A stretch of 64,000 nt of DNA from an uncultured Gemmatimonadales bacterium (GCA_963716255.1 OY970303.1:2720001-2784000), one strand, 5' to 3'; positions 1 through 9,100 are shown, numbered from the stretch's first letter. Numbers and translations: made by a program. Notes: generated by a model from the sequence alone, not told the origin.

Positions 1-583
1 CGGCGCGGCCACGGACGCGGAGTACCTGTCCAAGCCGGTGGACCGCAGGCGCCTGGTCGCCACGGTGCACCGGGTCCTCGCCGGCCGCGCCCCGGCGCCT
101 GCGCCGGCGCACGGCCCCGGCGCTCCCCGGGCGGACGCGCCCGCCGCCCGGGCCGGCAAGGTGCTGCTGGTGGAGGACGACGCCACCACGCGGGGGATCC
201 TGGCGCGGCGGCTGGCGGGGCGGGGGTTCCGGGTGGTGGAGGTGGAGGACGGGCTGGGGGCGGAGGCGGCGGTGGTGTCCGAGCGGCCGGACGTGGTGCT
301 GCTGGACCTCAGCCTCCCCGGCAAGGACGGGTGGACGCTGGCCGCGGCGCTCAAGGCCGAGCCGGCCACGCGCCCCATCCCCATCATCGGCCTCACGGCG
401 CACGCCATGCCCGGCGACCGGGAGCGCGCGCTCCGGGCCGGGTGCGACGAGTACGAGAGCAAGCCGGTGGACTTCCCGCGGCTGCTCTACAAGATGGACG
501 TCATGCTGGGAGCCGCGGCCGCGGCGGCGGAGGGAGAAGCGGCCCGTTCCGCCGGGGAGCTGGCGGGGGCGGCGGGAGACTGA
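1..583 (+). CDS. C-terminal part of a response regulator / hybrid kinase with receiver domain(s) (5' truncated by window)
   Basis: VLLVEDD...DVVLLDLSLP...IIGLTAHAMPGDRERALRAGCDEYESKP receiver; the upstream frame reads like the end of another receiver (EYLSKPVD). Confidence 0.85.
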   Translation, partial: GAATDAEYLSKPVDRRRLVATVHRVLAGRAPAPAPAHGPGAPRADAPAARAGKVLLVEDDATTRGILARRLAGRGFRVVEVEDGLGAEAAVVSERPDVVLLDLSLPGKDGWTLAAALKAEPATRPIPIIGLTAHAMPGDRERALRAGCDEYESKPVDFPRLLYKMDVMLGAAAAAAEGEAARSAGELAGAAGD

Positions 584-735
584 GGCCGCACATTGCCAGG
601 GTCTCGCCCATCGCGGTTCAGCCGCTCCTTCATTAAGTTCCCCCGGGCGCTGGGGTCAGCCTCCGCGCTGCTGTTAAGCCCTGGCTGCCAGCCGCAGGCG
701 CCCAACAGCTCCAACGTCTTACATCGTCTATCGCG

Positions 736-1560
736 ATGCTCGGAATCGTTCATCTGACAGATTTGCATTTCGGGAAGGGCTCAGAAGAGGTGTTCGCCGA
801 TAAGCACAGGCTTCTTGCAAGCCTAGTCGCCGCCGTTGAGGGTCCTCTCGCAGACGCGAGCCAGCGGCTCCTGGTCGTCTCCGGCGACCTCGTGTACCAA
901 GGGCGCACGGGAGCGTATGCAGAGGCGGAACGCTTCATTGACGACCTCCGGCATAGGCTATCTATCCACGATACCGACCTCGTGATCTGCCCCGGGAATC
1001 ACGACATCATTCGCGGGCAAGCCGATCCGTTCCACCCGCTGAACCAGTTGATCTACCGGCTGACGCACCGCTCAGAGCGGACATTCACTCATGCGCAGAG
1101 GAACTTCCTAATCGCGGTGGGTGAAGTGGATGTCCTAGTGTTCAACTCCGCGTTCCGCGGCGATGACGGCTACGGCTTCGTCGACCTATCGCCCGGAGCC
1201 TTTCCGGACGTTCGGGAAACGTCCAGGCTTAGGGTCGCTGTACTGCACCACAACCTTCTTGGGGTGTACGAGGACGACGCGTCCACGCTTCGGAACGCGT
1301 ACCCGTTTCTGGCGTACCTCGCCCACCAGGGCGTGGACCTCGTCCTTCACGGTCACCAGCACTCGCTGCAGGACCTGCCCAGCACGGCGACGTCCTGCCG
1401 GATCGTGGGGTGCGGGTCACTGAACTTCCGCAACCCGGGCGGCAACCCAAACCAGTTCAACCTTGTCCTTGCCTCTCCGGAAGGCATTCGTGTCCTGCGT
1501 CACCTCTGGGACCCCGACCTGATCGGGGGAGGGGCACGGGGCGGGTGGCGAGTATCCTGA
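736..1560 (+). CDS. Calcineurin-like metallophosphoesterase
   Basis: All five motifs present: DLH, SGD, GNHD, HH, GHQH; lower-GC codon usage than flanks. Confidence 0.9.
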   Translation: MLGIVHLTDLHFGKGSEEVFADKHRLLASLVAAVEGPLADASQRLLVVSGDLVYQGRTGAYAEAERFIDDLRHRLSIHDTDLVICPGNHDIIRGQADPFHPLNQLIYRLTHRSERTFTHAQRNFLIAVGEVDVLVFNSAFRGDDGYGFVDLSPGAFPDVRETSRLRVAVLHHNLLGVYEDDASTLRNAYPFLAYLAHQGVDLVLHGHQHSLQDLPSTATSCRIVGCGSLNFRNPGGNPNQFNLVLASPEGIRVLRHLWDPDLIGGGARGGWRVS

Positions 1561-1582
1561 CCAACTTTCAATCGAGCAAGGC

Positions 1583-2227
1583 ATGAGTTTATTCGGCGGC
1601 CACTTCGTCGTGTTCGAAGGGCTCGATGGGTCCGGGACCTCTACCCAGGCGCGCATGCTCCAGGAGGCGCTCTCGCGGGAGTTTCCGAAGGTGTTCCTGA
1701 CGTCGGAGCCTACCACCGGTCCCGTGGGCAACCTGATCCGGCTTGCGATGTCCCACCGGCTCCACTTCGCCGACGATCCCCGCACGGAGGACCACCAGCT
1801 AGCGTACCTATTCGCTGCTGACCGATACGACCACCTCCACAACGAGGTGGACGGAATTCTCAAGCAGCTCCGGTCGGGTTCGCTGGTGATCTCCACGCGC
1901 TACTATCTCTCGTCCTTCGCGTACCACTCCCAGAGCGACGCGGATTTCGAGCTCATCGAGCGCCTGAACCGTGGCTTCCCCCCAGCGGATATCACCTTCT
2001 TCGTGGACTGCCCAGTCGACACCTGCCTCCGGCGGATCGAGCAGCGCCAGTACGTGAGCGAGAAGTACGAGCACAGGGCCAAGCTCGTCGCCGTGCGAGA
2101 GCGGTACGAACAGGCGCTCCAAGGGTACGGCCACAGGCTGCACAGGGTGGACGGGGAGCAGGCCCCTGACGCGCTGCACAGCCAGATTCTCCAGCTGGTG
2201 AGGGACGCTATATGCCCAACGAAGTGA
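1583..2227 (+). CDS. Thymidylate (dTMP) kinase-like nucleotide kinase
   Basis: FVVFEGLDGSGTSTQ P-loop, TSEPT, LFAADRYDH, TRYYLSSFAY motifs of the Tmk family. Confidence 0.88.
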   Translation: MSLFGGHFVVFEGLDGSGTSTQARMLQEALSREFPKVFLTSEPTTGPVGNLIRLAMSHRLHFADDPRTEDHQLAYLFAADRYDHLHNEVDGILKQLRSGSLVISTRYYLSSFAYHSQSDADFELIERLNRGFPPADITFFVDCPVDTCLRRIEQRQYVSEKYEHRAKLVAVRERYEQALQGYGHRLHRVDGEQAPDALHSQILQLVRDAICPTK

Positions 2228-3093
2228 GTCGGGTCTTCGACGAGATCGTCCGCGAAGCGGAGGGTCTCTGCGCGGACGGTACCGTGCACAACCTGTTTCT
2301 CCGGCGGGAGTTCCCGATCGAGGTCATCGACGACCCGTTCGGCGGGCTGCACGAAGAAAAAGCCGCCGCCTGGCAGCAGCCGACCCGCCCGGGGTTCCTG
2401 CACCTCAACCACGGTGAGTACATCCACCGCTCGGGAGACGGGACTGGGTACATCATCGAGGAGCTGACTAGGAAGGGAGACAGCAACCGCGCCCTGTTCA
2501 GCCTGATCGACATGGAGGACGTCATCCGGAGCGGGGACAACCCAATCCCTTCGTTCATGGTCCTCCAGTTTAGCCGGTCGGGCTCCACTCTGCACTGCAC
2601 GGCCTACTTCCGCGCGCTCGAGGTGTGGAACTTCCTCCCGATCAACCTGACGGAGATGTGCCAGGTCATGCGCCAGATCCGCGACGCGTTTCCGGACCTA
2701 GTCCGGGTCGCACTCTGCGTGCACGCATTCCGGGCGTACATGAATCGGGAATTCGACTGCCTGGAGATCTCCGCGATCGACCGCATGAAGCAGGGAGAAG
2801 TCGCCCTGCTGGTGTACACAGGACAGAAGGACCGGCTGCGCGAACTCCTCGAGCACAAGATGAGGGAATCTTCCGTTGTCCGCACCGAGGGCCTCACCGA
2901 GGTTCTGACGGGTGCCCAGAACGACGGTGCGGTCCCGTATGGAGCCGATTTCGTCCGGAACGTTGAGCAGGCGCTGGAGCGGCTCAGGGCCGTGGCCCAG
3001 CTCCGGACCCGCGCGTCCCACGCGGAAGAGATCTCTCGGGTCACGGGGGAGTTCCGCACCTATCTGGAACGGGCCATCGCGGAGATACGCTGA
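2212..3093 (+). CDS. Divergent thymidylate-synthase-fold protein, catalytic Cys apparently replaced by Ser
   Basis: IIEELTRKGDSNRALFSL ~ TS 'I..L...P.SRR'; PIPSFMVLQF ~ PPCH..QF; YFRALEV ~ YQRSxD; FLPIN ~ GLPFN. Confidence 0.7.
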   Translation: MPNEVSRVFDEIVREAEGLCADGTVHNLFLRREFPIEVIDDPFGGLHEEKAAAWQQPTRPGFLHLNHGEYIHRSGDGTGYIIEELTRKGDSNRALFSLIDMEDVIRSGDNPIPSFMVLQFSRSGSTLHCTAYFRALEVWNFLPINLTEMCQVMRQIRDAFPDLVRVALCVHAFRAYMNREFDCLEISAIDRMKQGEVALLVYTGQKDRLRELLEHKMRESSVVRTEGLTEVLTGAQNDGAVPYGADFVRNVEQALERLRAVAQLRTRASHAEEISRVTGEFRTYLERAIAEIR

Positions 3094-3431
3094 TGCAGCT
3101 CCAGGACATCATGAAGGCCCAGGAGGAGTTTGACAGGCGGCACTCGGGACGGAGCGAGTTCTTCGTCGAGATCGACGACGCCAAAGTGGAGCGCCTGGAA
3201 CATCTGATCGTCTGCATGGCGGGCGAGCTCGGCGAGTTAGCCAACCTCGCGAAGAAGGCCGCGCGGGGTGACTTCTCCCTATCCGACGTCCGGCGCGACA
3301 TCTCCGAGGAGGTCACCGACATGTTCATCTACGTGATCAAGCTCTGCAACGAGATGAACATCGACTTGGAGACTGAGTACCACCGCAAGATGCAGCGCAA
3401 CCAGGATCGCTTTCGCAGGTACGAGCGATGA
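3093..3431 (+). CDS. MazG-like (all-alpha) nucleotide pyrophosphohydrolase
   Basis: ELGELANLAKK...EEVTD acidic motif, 112 aa; TGATG coupling to the upstream gene. Confidence 0.85.
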   Translation: MQLQDIMKAQEEFDRRHSGRSEFFVEIDDAKVERLEHLIVCMAGELGELANLAKKAARGDFSLSDVRRDISEEVTDMFIYVIKLCNEMNIDLETEYHRKMQRNQDRFRRYER

Positions 3432-4411
3432 ACGTATTCACCGGCGAGCAGTTCACGCCGCTCTACCTCGAGATTCTTTCAGCTTTTCGCGAGGGGCACC
3501 CACCTCTGTTTCCCTCCCGAATCGGGAACTACTTCGAACTAGGCCATTCGATCATCGAATTGAGCGGGGACGGGAGCCGGTGGTGTCTCCTGCCTGGTCG
3601 TGCTCTCAACCCATTCTTTGCCCTGTTCGAGATCTCCTGGATCCTGAGCGGCTCGAATCGGCTGGAAGGTCTCCAATACTTCATCCGGGACTACGGCAAG
3701 TACAGCGACGACGGAGAGACCCTGACGGGAGCTTACGGATACCGGCTCCGGAAGTACTTCGGTGTGGACCAGATCGAGCGTGTCATTGACGTTCTCGACG
3801 CGGACCCTGCAAGCCGTAGGTCGACTCTTGCCCTCTGGTCGGTGGACGACCTCGGGCGCGAGTCCAGGGACATCCCGTGCAACGTTCTGGTGAACGTGAA
3901 GGTCCGGGCTGGAAGGCTCGACGTGTCAGTGGCGAACCGCTCGAATGACGCGTTCCTGGGAGTTCCCTACAACATCCTCCAGTTCAACGCTCTGCAGAAA
4001 TACCTCGCATGGCGGCTTGGAGTAGAGGTGGGAACTCAGGTGCACTTCATCGACTCTCTTCACCTGTACGAAAGCACCACCGGGAAGGTAGACAACATTC
4101 TTCTCGAGGAGAGGACGCGGCAGCAGGGCGGCCTCCCGCCCTCGATCAGAAGGAGCGACCTGTCCGAGTACGTCCCCTGTGACCACGAGTACCTTGCGAC
4201 CCACTACGACGAGCCCAGCGGCGAGGAGAACCAATTTCTCCGGGTAAGGGACAGTTACATCCACTGGAGGAGTGGCAAGCGCGAGCTTGCACTCGACATG
4301 TTGCCGAAAACTGAGATCGGCATTGTAGCAGCCCAGTGGTATCGCTCTCGCCCCGATTTTACGCTCGGCCTTCCGGGCTGGTTACAGGAGATGAATGAAC
4401 ATGGGGATTGA
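3428..4411 (+). CDS. Thymidylate synthase / dNMP hydroxymethylase-like enzyme
   Basis: AYGYRLR, PASRRS, DIPCN (catalytic Cys), NRSND, GVPYN, SLHLY; ATGA overlap with the upstream gene. Confidence 0.85.
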   Translation: MNVFTGEQFTPLYLEILSAFREGHPPLFPSRIGNYFELGHSIIELSGDGSRWCLLPGRALNPFFALFEISWILSGSNRLEGLQYFIRDYGKYSDDGETLTGAYGYRLRKYFGVDQIERVIDVLDADPASRRSTLALWSVDDLGRESRDIPCNVLVNVKVRAGRLDVSVANRSNDAFLGVPYNILQFNALQKYLAWRLGVEVGTQVHFIDSLHLYESTTGKVDNILLEERTRQQGGLPPSIRRSDLSEYVPCDHEYLATHYDEPSGEENQFLRVRDSYIHWRSGKRELALDMLPKTEIGIVAAQWYRSRPDFTLGLPGWLQEMNEHGD

Positions 4412-4775
4412 CATGCGCTCAGTCTATGGACTCAAGCATGCCCCTCCAGGTGTGCTGGTTGGTTCGCTTGAGGATCTGGCACGAGCTTTTACGGGATCCG
4501 GGGAAGCGCTCGCGGCCGAAGTCGCTGGAGCACTGAAAAACTTACCATACGCTACTGTTTATCCTCCTGGGTCTTTTGCACTGCGCAAACTTGCAGTAAC
4601 GGCAGTTCTATTAGAGGAAATTTTCAACATGCCTGATCTAAACACTGTGCGGATGAACCTGGCGAGTGTTCGGGACGCGTGTGATGCACTAGGCATATCG
4701 TATGAAGAGGCTGTCATGTGTATGCGCCGGCTAGAGGGCATACAGCGAGTTCTTACAGGTGCTGTTGAACACTGA
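4395..4775 (+). CDS. Hypothetical protein, last gene of the low-GC operon
   Basis: 126-aa ORF overlapping the TS stop, AGGAG just upstream; no recognisable motif. Confidence 0.5.
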   Translation: MNMGIDMRSVYGLKHAPPGVLVGSLEDLARAFTGSGEALAAEVAGALKNLPYATVYPPGSFALRKLAVTAVLLEEIFNMPDLNTVRMNLASVRDACDALGISYEEAVMCMRRLEGIQRVLTGAVEH

Positions 4776-5165
4776 ATCTCAAGCGGATTGTCAGAGTGAG
4801 TGGCAGGTGATGATTAGAAGACAGCGTTGACAGTCGGAAAAACCGTTGTCTGTTGTTGACGGGTTTCACTGTTGGATTATCTACAAGTACACAAGAGGTC
4901 GTGGGAGCGACAGGAATGCCTTCGTGCTGGACTCTGGAAGTGCACTGGGTGCCTGTGCTGTACATGCATCCCAACGCATCACTCCGTGAGCGGACACGAA
5001 CGCTGGTAGAGTCTAGTTGAATTGTAGGGCATCAAGAAGACGCTGTGATGCGTTCCGTATGCCAAACGTTTCCTTGTCCGCGCTCCCGCGTTCCGGTAAG
5101 CTGAGGCAGGCGCCGCGCGGCACTTGGACGCCGGCGCCCCGGGAACGCGGTACCCAGGACGCAGC

Positions 5166-7988
5166 ATGCTCGCCCCGCCCACCACTCCCATTCCGCCGCT
5201 TCTCGTCGCCATGACCGACCTGCCGCCCGGCACCGCCCCCGGACCCGGCGCGGAGCCGCGCGACCCGGGCCTCCTGCTGGACGCCGTCACCTTCGCCGCG
5301 AAAGCGTTTCTCACCGCGGACTCGCTGGAATCCGCCGCGGCCGCCGTGCTGCGGCGTCTGGGCGAGGCCGCGGGCGCCGCGCGCGCCTACGTCCTGGACG
5401 GCGGCGCCGCCTGCCGCTGGCCGGAGGCCGACTGCGACGGGCCCGCCGTGCACCTGCGCGCCGGGTGGAGCGGCCCCGGGTGCGGGCCGGGCCCCGAGGG
5501 CGGCGGGGAGGCCGGCGCGCCGTGGGAGGCCGCGCTCGCCGGCTGGGTGGACGCCCTCCGCGCCGGGACCACCGTGCAGGGACACGCGCGCGAGCTCCCC
5601 TCCCCCGCGCGCGAGCTGCTTGCGGCGCACGGCGCCCGCTCGCTGGTGATGGTCCCCGTGTTCGTGAGCGGCGGCCTGTGGGGGATCACCGGCTTCGACG
5701 CCTGCGACGCCGAGCGGAGCTGGTCCCAGACCGAGCTGCGGGCGCTGCACGCCGTGGCCGACCTGTTCGGGGTGGCCGTGGGGCGGCAGAGGCTGGAGAT
5801 GACGCTGTCCGGGCAGCGCCTCCAGGCCGTGCTCCAGGCCGAGGTGGGATCCGCCGTCACCGAGAGCACCGGCTCGCTCGACGGGATGCTGCAGCGCTGC
5901 GCCGAGGCCGTGGCCAGGCACCTGGACGCCGCGCTGGTCCGCATCTGGATCACCGACCAGGGCGACCCCGGCACGCTCAACCTGCGGGCGAGCGCCGGGG
6001 TGCGGACCCGGGTGACCGGCCGGTACAGCCGGGTCCCCCTCGGCCTCTTCCCCTTCGCCGGGTCCGACGTGCGCCGCCAGCCGCTGGTGTCCAACCAGGC
6101 CCAGACCGACGGCAGCCTGGACGACCCCGAGTGGGCGGTGCGCGAGGGGCTCACCGCCGCCGCCGGCTACCCCCTGGTGGTGGAGAACGACCGGCTGGTG
6201 GGGGCCATCGTCCTGTTCCGCCGCAGGCGCCTGCACCAGGTGGACGTGGACGCCTTCGCCTCCGTGGGCGACGAGATCGCCCTCGCCATCGAGCACGCCC
6301 GCGCGCTGGACGCGCTCCGCGGCCGCGAGCGCCAGCTCGCCGAGGCGCAGGAGCTGGCCGAGATGGGGAGCTGGCAGTGGGAGGTCGAGGCCGATCGCGT
6401 CACCTGCTCCGACAACCTGTACCGCATCTTCGGGCTGAACCCGCGCGAGCGCCCCATCAACTCCGCGGCCGTGCTCCGCCGCGTGCACCCCGACGACCGC
6501 GCCGTCGTCGCCGACGCCCTGGGCGCCGCCACCCGCGAGCTGCGCCCCTTCGACTTCGAGGCCCGTATCGTCCGCCCGGACGGCGAGGCCCGCGCCCTCC
6601 ACTGGCGCGGCGAGGCCGCCGCCGTCCCGCCCGGCGCCGCCGCCCGCTTCCTGGGCACCTGCCAGGACATCACCGCCCGCCGCGAGGCGGAGGAGCGGTC
6701 GCAGCGGCTGGTGCGCGAGCAGGGCGCCCGCGCCGAGGCCGAGGCCGCCCGGCGCCGCGCCGAGTTCCTGGCCGAGGCCAGCCGCGTGCTCGGCGCCTCC
6801 ATCGACCACCGGGTGACGCTCGCCTCCCTGGCGCGCCTCGCCGTCCCCGAGCTGGCCGACTGCTGCATCGTGGACCTGCTGCGCGACGGGGGCACCACGC
6901 TGCGGGTGGGGATCGCCCACGTCGACGACCGCAAGGAGGCCATCCTCTGCCGCCCCGGCAGCTTCGACCTGGACGCGCTCACCCCCGTCCACCCCGTGCT
7001 CCGCGCCCTGCGCGACGGCGAAGCCTCGCTGCTGGCCGAGGTCACCCCGCAGATGCTCAACGAGGCCGTGCTGGAGGGCCCCCGGCGCGACCTGCTGCGC
7101 GACCTTGGCCCCACGTCCGTGGTGGTGGTCCCGCTCCAGGCCGGGGACGACGTCATCGGCGCGCTCACCCTGATGGTGTCCGAGTCCGGCCGCGTGTACG
7201 CCCAGGCCGACCTGGACCTCGCGCGCGAGCTGGCCCGCCGCGCCTCGCTCGCCGTGGAGAACGCTCGCCTCTTCCGCCAGGCGCGCGAAGCGGTGCAGGC
7301 GCGCGACGAAGTCCTTTCCGTGGTCGCGCACGACCTGCGCAACCCCGTGGGCACCGTCATCATGGGCGCCAACCTGCTCCTGGACGAGATCCCGGACGGC
7401 GAGCGCCCCTTCGAGCGCAAGTACCTGCAGATCATCCGCCGCTCCGCCGAGCGCATGGACCGGCTGATCCAGGACCTGCTGGAGGTCAAGCGCATCGAGA
7501 CCGGCAAGCTGGCGCTGGAGTGCCGCCCCGACGACCTGGCGCGCGTGCTCGCCGAGAGCGTGGAGATGCTGCGCCCCATGGCCGCCGCCGCCGCCCTCCG
7601 CCTGGAGGAGGAGGTCCCCGGGGGGCTGCCGCGGGTGCTGGTGGATGCCCTGCGCGTGCAGCAGGTGCTTTCCAACCTCGTGGGCAACGCCCTCAAGTTC
7701 ACCCCCGCCGGCGGGGTCATCACCCTGCGGGCCGTCCCGCGCGCCGCCGAGGTGCAGGTGTCCGTCGCCGACACCGGACCCGGGATCTCCGCCGAGCAGC
7801 TCCCGCACATCTTCGGGCGGTTCTGGCAGGGCGGGCGCAAGGACGGCCTGGGCGTGGGGCTGGGGCTCGCCATCGCCAAGGGGCTGGTGGAGGCCCACGG
7901 CGGGCGGATCTGGGTGGAGAGCGAGCCCGGCCACGGCACCGTCTTTTCCTTTACCGTTCCCGTTGCCCCTGAGGCTTCTACGGCTTGA
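5166..7988 (+). CDS. Cytoplasmic sensor histidine kinase (GAF-GAF-PAS-GAF-HisKA-HATPase)
   Basis: VAHDLRNP H-box, NLVGNALKF N-box, DTGPGI and GLGLAI G-boxes, PAS (VHPDDR); start may be 5166 or 5211. Confidence 0.92.
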   Translation: MLAPPTTPIPPLLVAMTDLPPGTAPGPGAEPRDPGLLLDAVTFAAKAFLTADSLESAAAAVLRRLGEAAGAARAYVLDGGAACRWPEADCDGPAVHLRAGWSGPGCGPGPEGGGEAGAPWEAALAGWVDALRAGTTVQGHARELPSPARELLAAHGARSLVMVPVFVSGGLWGITGFDACDAERSWSQTELRALHAVADLFGVAVGRQRLEMTLSGQRLQAVLQAEVGSAVTESTGSLDGMLQRCAEAVARHLDAALVRIWITDQGDPGTLNLRASAGVRTRVTGRYSRVPLGLFPFAGSDVRRQPLVSNQAQTDGSLDDPEWAVREGLTAAAGYPLVVENDRLVGAIVLFRRRRLHQVDVDAFASVGDEIALAIEHARALDALRGRERQLAEAQELAEMGSWQWEVEADRVTCSDNLYRIFGLNPRERPINSAAVLRRVHPDDRAVVADALGAATRELRPFDFEARIVRPDGEARALHWRGEAAAVPPGAAARFLGTCQDITARREAEERSQRLVREQGARAEAEAARRRAEFLAEASRVLGASIDHRVTLASLARLAVPELADCCIVDLLRDGGTTLRVGIAHVDDRKEAILCRPGSFDLDALTPVHPVLRALRDGEASLLAEVTPQMLNEAVLEGPRRDLLRDLGPTSVVVVPLQAGDDVIGALTLMVSESGRVYAQADLDLARELARRASLAVENARLFRQAREAVQARDEVLSVVAHDLRNPVGTVIMGANLLLDEIPDGERPFERKYLQIIRRSAERMDRLIQDLLEVKRIETGKLALECRPDDLARVLAESVEMLRPMAAAAALRLEEEVPGGLPRVLVDALRVQQVLSNLVGNALKFTPAGGVITLRAVPRAAEVQVSVADTGPGISAEQLPHIFGRFWQGGRKDGLGVGLGLAIAKGLVEAHGGRIWVESEPGHGTVFSFTVPVAPEASTA

Positions 7989-8013
7989 CGGCAACGGATT
8001 GAACGGCGGTTCT

Positions 8014-8146
8014 GGGCGTGTCCCCGGCTGGCGCCGGGGTCGGGCTTCGGCTCCGTAACGCACGAAACAACCGTGCGTAACGGAGTCGAGCCCCGGCGGA
8101 AACAGCCCCGCCGGGTCTCGCCCCTTCGGGCCGAAATCCCTCACGC
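8014..8146 (+). repeat. Dispersed structured repeat family A, copy 1
   Basis: GGGCGTG...GGGTCGGGCTTCGGCTCCGTA-stem-AACGGAGTCGAGCCC-stem-GGTCTCGCCCCTTCGGGCCG.AATCCCTCACGC; 7 copies in the window. Confidence 0.9.
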
Positions 8147-8168
8147 GGGCATCACGCTGGCGTCCGCG

Positions 8169-8280
8169 GGGCCCCCCACCCCGGCGCTGCGCACCACCCC
8201 TCCCCCGGACCCGGGGGAGGGATCTCCTTTGTCGTGCTCCCCCTCTCCCCTTGCGGGGAGGGGCTGGGGGAGGGGGTCTT
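8169..8280. repeat. REP-like palindromic units (CCCCACCCCGGCGCTGCGC...CCCCTCCCC...GGGGAGGGA)
   Basis: Inverted counterpart at ~9126-9180. Confidence 0.6.
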
Positions 8281-8384
8281 GCCGCCTCGACCCCGGCGCG
8301 CAGGCCCGCCATTTCCCTCCGCGCTTCCCGCCTGTACCTTCCCCACCTTCTCTGCCGAACCCCCCGCAGCCCCGGAGCACCCGC

Positions 8385-8912
8385 GTGAACCTGAGCCTCC
8401 GCGCACTTCAACGTCTCGTCCCCGGCCTCGCCGGTACCCCGGAGGAGATCGCCGGCCGCCTCCGCGAGGGCGGTATCGCCGTGTCCCGCATCGCGCCGCT
8501 GGAGGAACTGCTGCGGCCGGTGGTCGTGGGGCGCGTGACGGAGCTGGCGCAGCACCCCAACGCCGACCGCCTCAGGGTGTGCGTGGTGGACGACGGCGGC
8601 GAGCAGCCGCGGCAGATCGTCACCGGCGCCGACAACGTCGCGGCGGGCGCCTCGTACCCTGTCATCCGCGCCGGCACCACGCTCCCGGGCGGGGTCAAGA
8701 TCCGCAAGGGCAAGCTCCGCGGCGAGGTGTCCGAGGGGATGCTGGGCTCCGCCATCGAGCTGGAGCTGGGCGACGAGAAGGAGGGGCTGATGACGCTCCC
8801 CGGCGACCCCGCGCCCGGCACCCCGCTCCCCGAAGTGGTCCCCGTGGAGGGCGTCGTCTTCGTCCTGGAGGGCGAGCCTACCGAGGAGGAGGTGGTGAAG
8901 GCGCTCGGATGA
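8385..8912 (+). CDS. Stand-alone tRNA-binding OB-fold protein resembling the PheT N-terminus (YtpR-like)
   Basis: VVVGRV...QHPNADRLRVCVVD...QIVTGADNV...KGKLRGEVSEGMLGS; GTG start at 8385. Confidence 0.8.
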   Translation: MNLSLRALQRLVPGLAGTPEEIAGRLREGGIAVSRIAPLEELLRPVVVGRVTELAQHPNADRLRVCVVDDGGEQPRQIVTGADNVAAGASYPVIRAGTTLPGGVKIRKGKLRGEVSEGMLGSAIELELGDEKEGLMTLPGDPAPGTPLPEVVPVEGVVFVLEGEPTEEEVVKALG

Positions 8913-9013
8913 GGGAACGGAAGTACGTGAGTGCGGGAATGTGAATGGCGGTACGGAGTACGAAGTACGTGAACTGCGCCCCCGCCGGGATCTCCCGGCG
9001 GGGGCGCCATCGC

Positions 9014-9100
9014 AGGCCCTCACCCGGCTCGCTTGAGGCTCGCCACCCGGGTCCTTCAACCGGTCCACGCGAAGCGTGAGGCGCCATCCTGGGCGAGGGG
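9014..9100 (+). repeat. Repeat family C copy (CCCTCACCCGGCTCGC...CACGCGAAGCGTGA...GAGGGG)
   Basis: Near-identical reverse-complement copy at 46657-46744; shorter relative at 33207-33260. Confidence 0.8.

Noticed and set aside
736..4775. Prophage remnant or housekeeping thyA/tmk operon
   Set aside because: No structural, integrase or replication genes; motifs diverge from canonical ThyA, there is no folA, and composition is atypical. A phage origin of the cassette is not excluded.
4776..5120. Low-GC stretch after the operon, with short minus-strand ORFs
   Set aside because: No motif, RBS or repeat I can support; treated as the island boundary.
5013..9068. Very long antisense and alternative-frame ORFs (e.g. 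5013-9068 -, 34761-37631 -, 49140-52037 -, and most of 42949-46464 +)
   Set aside because: Shadow ORFs from high GC; they are Arg/Gly/Pro-rich without motifs and overlap genes with clear family signatures.
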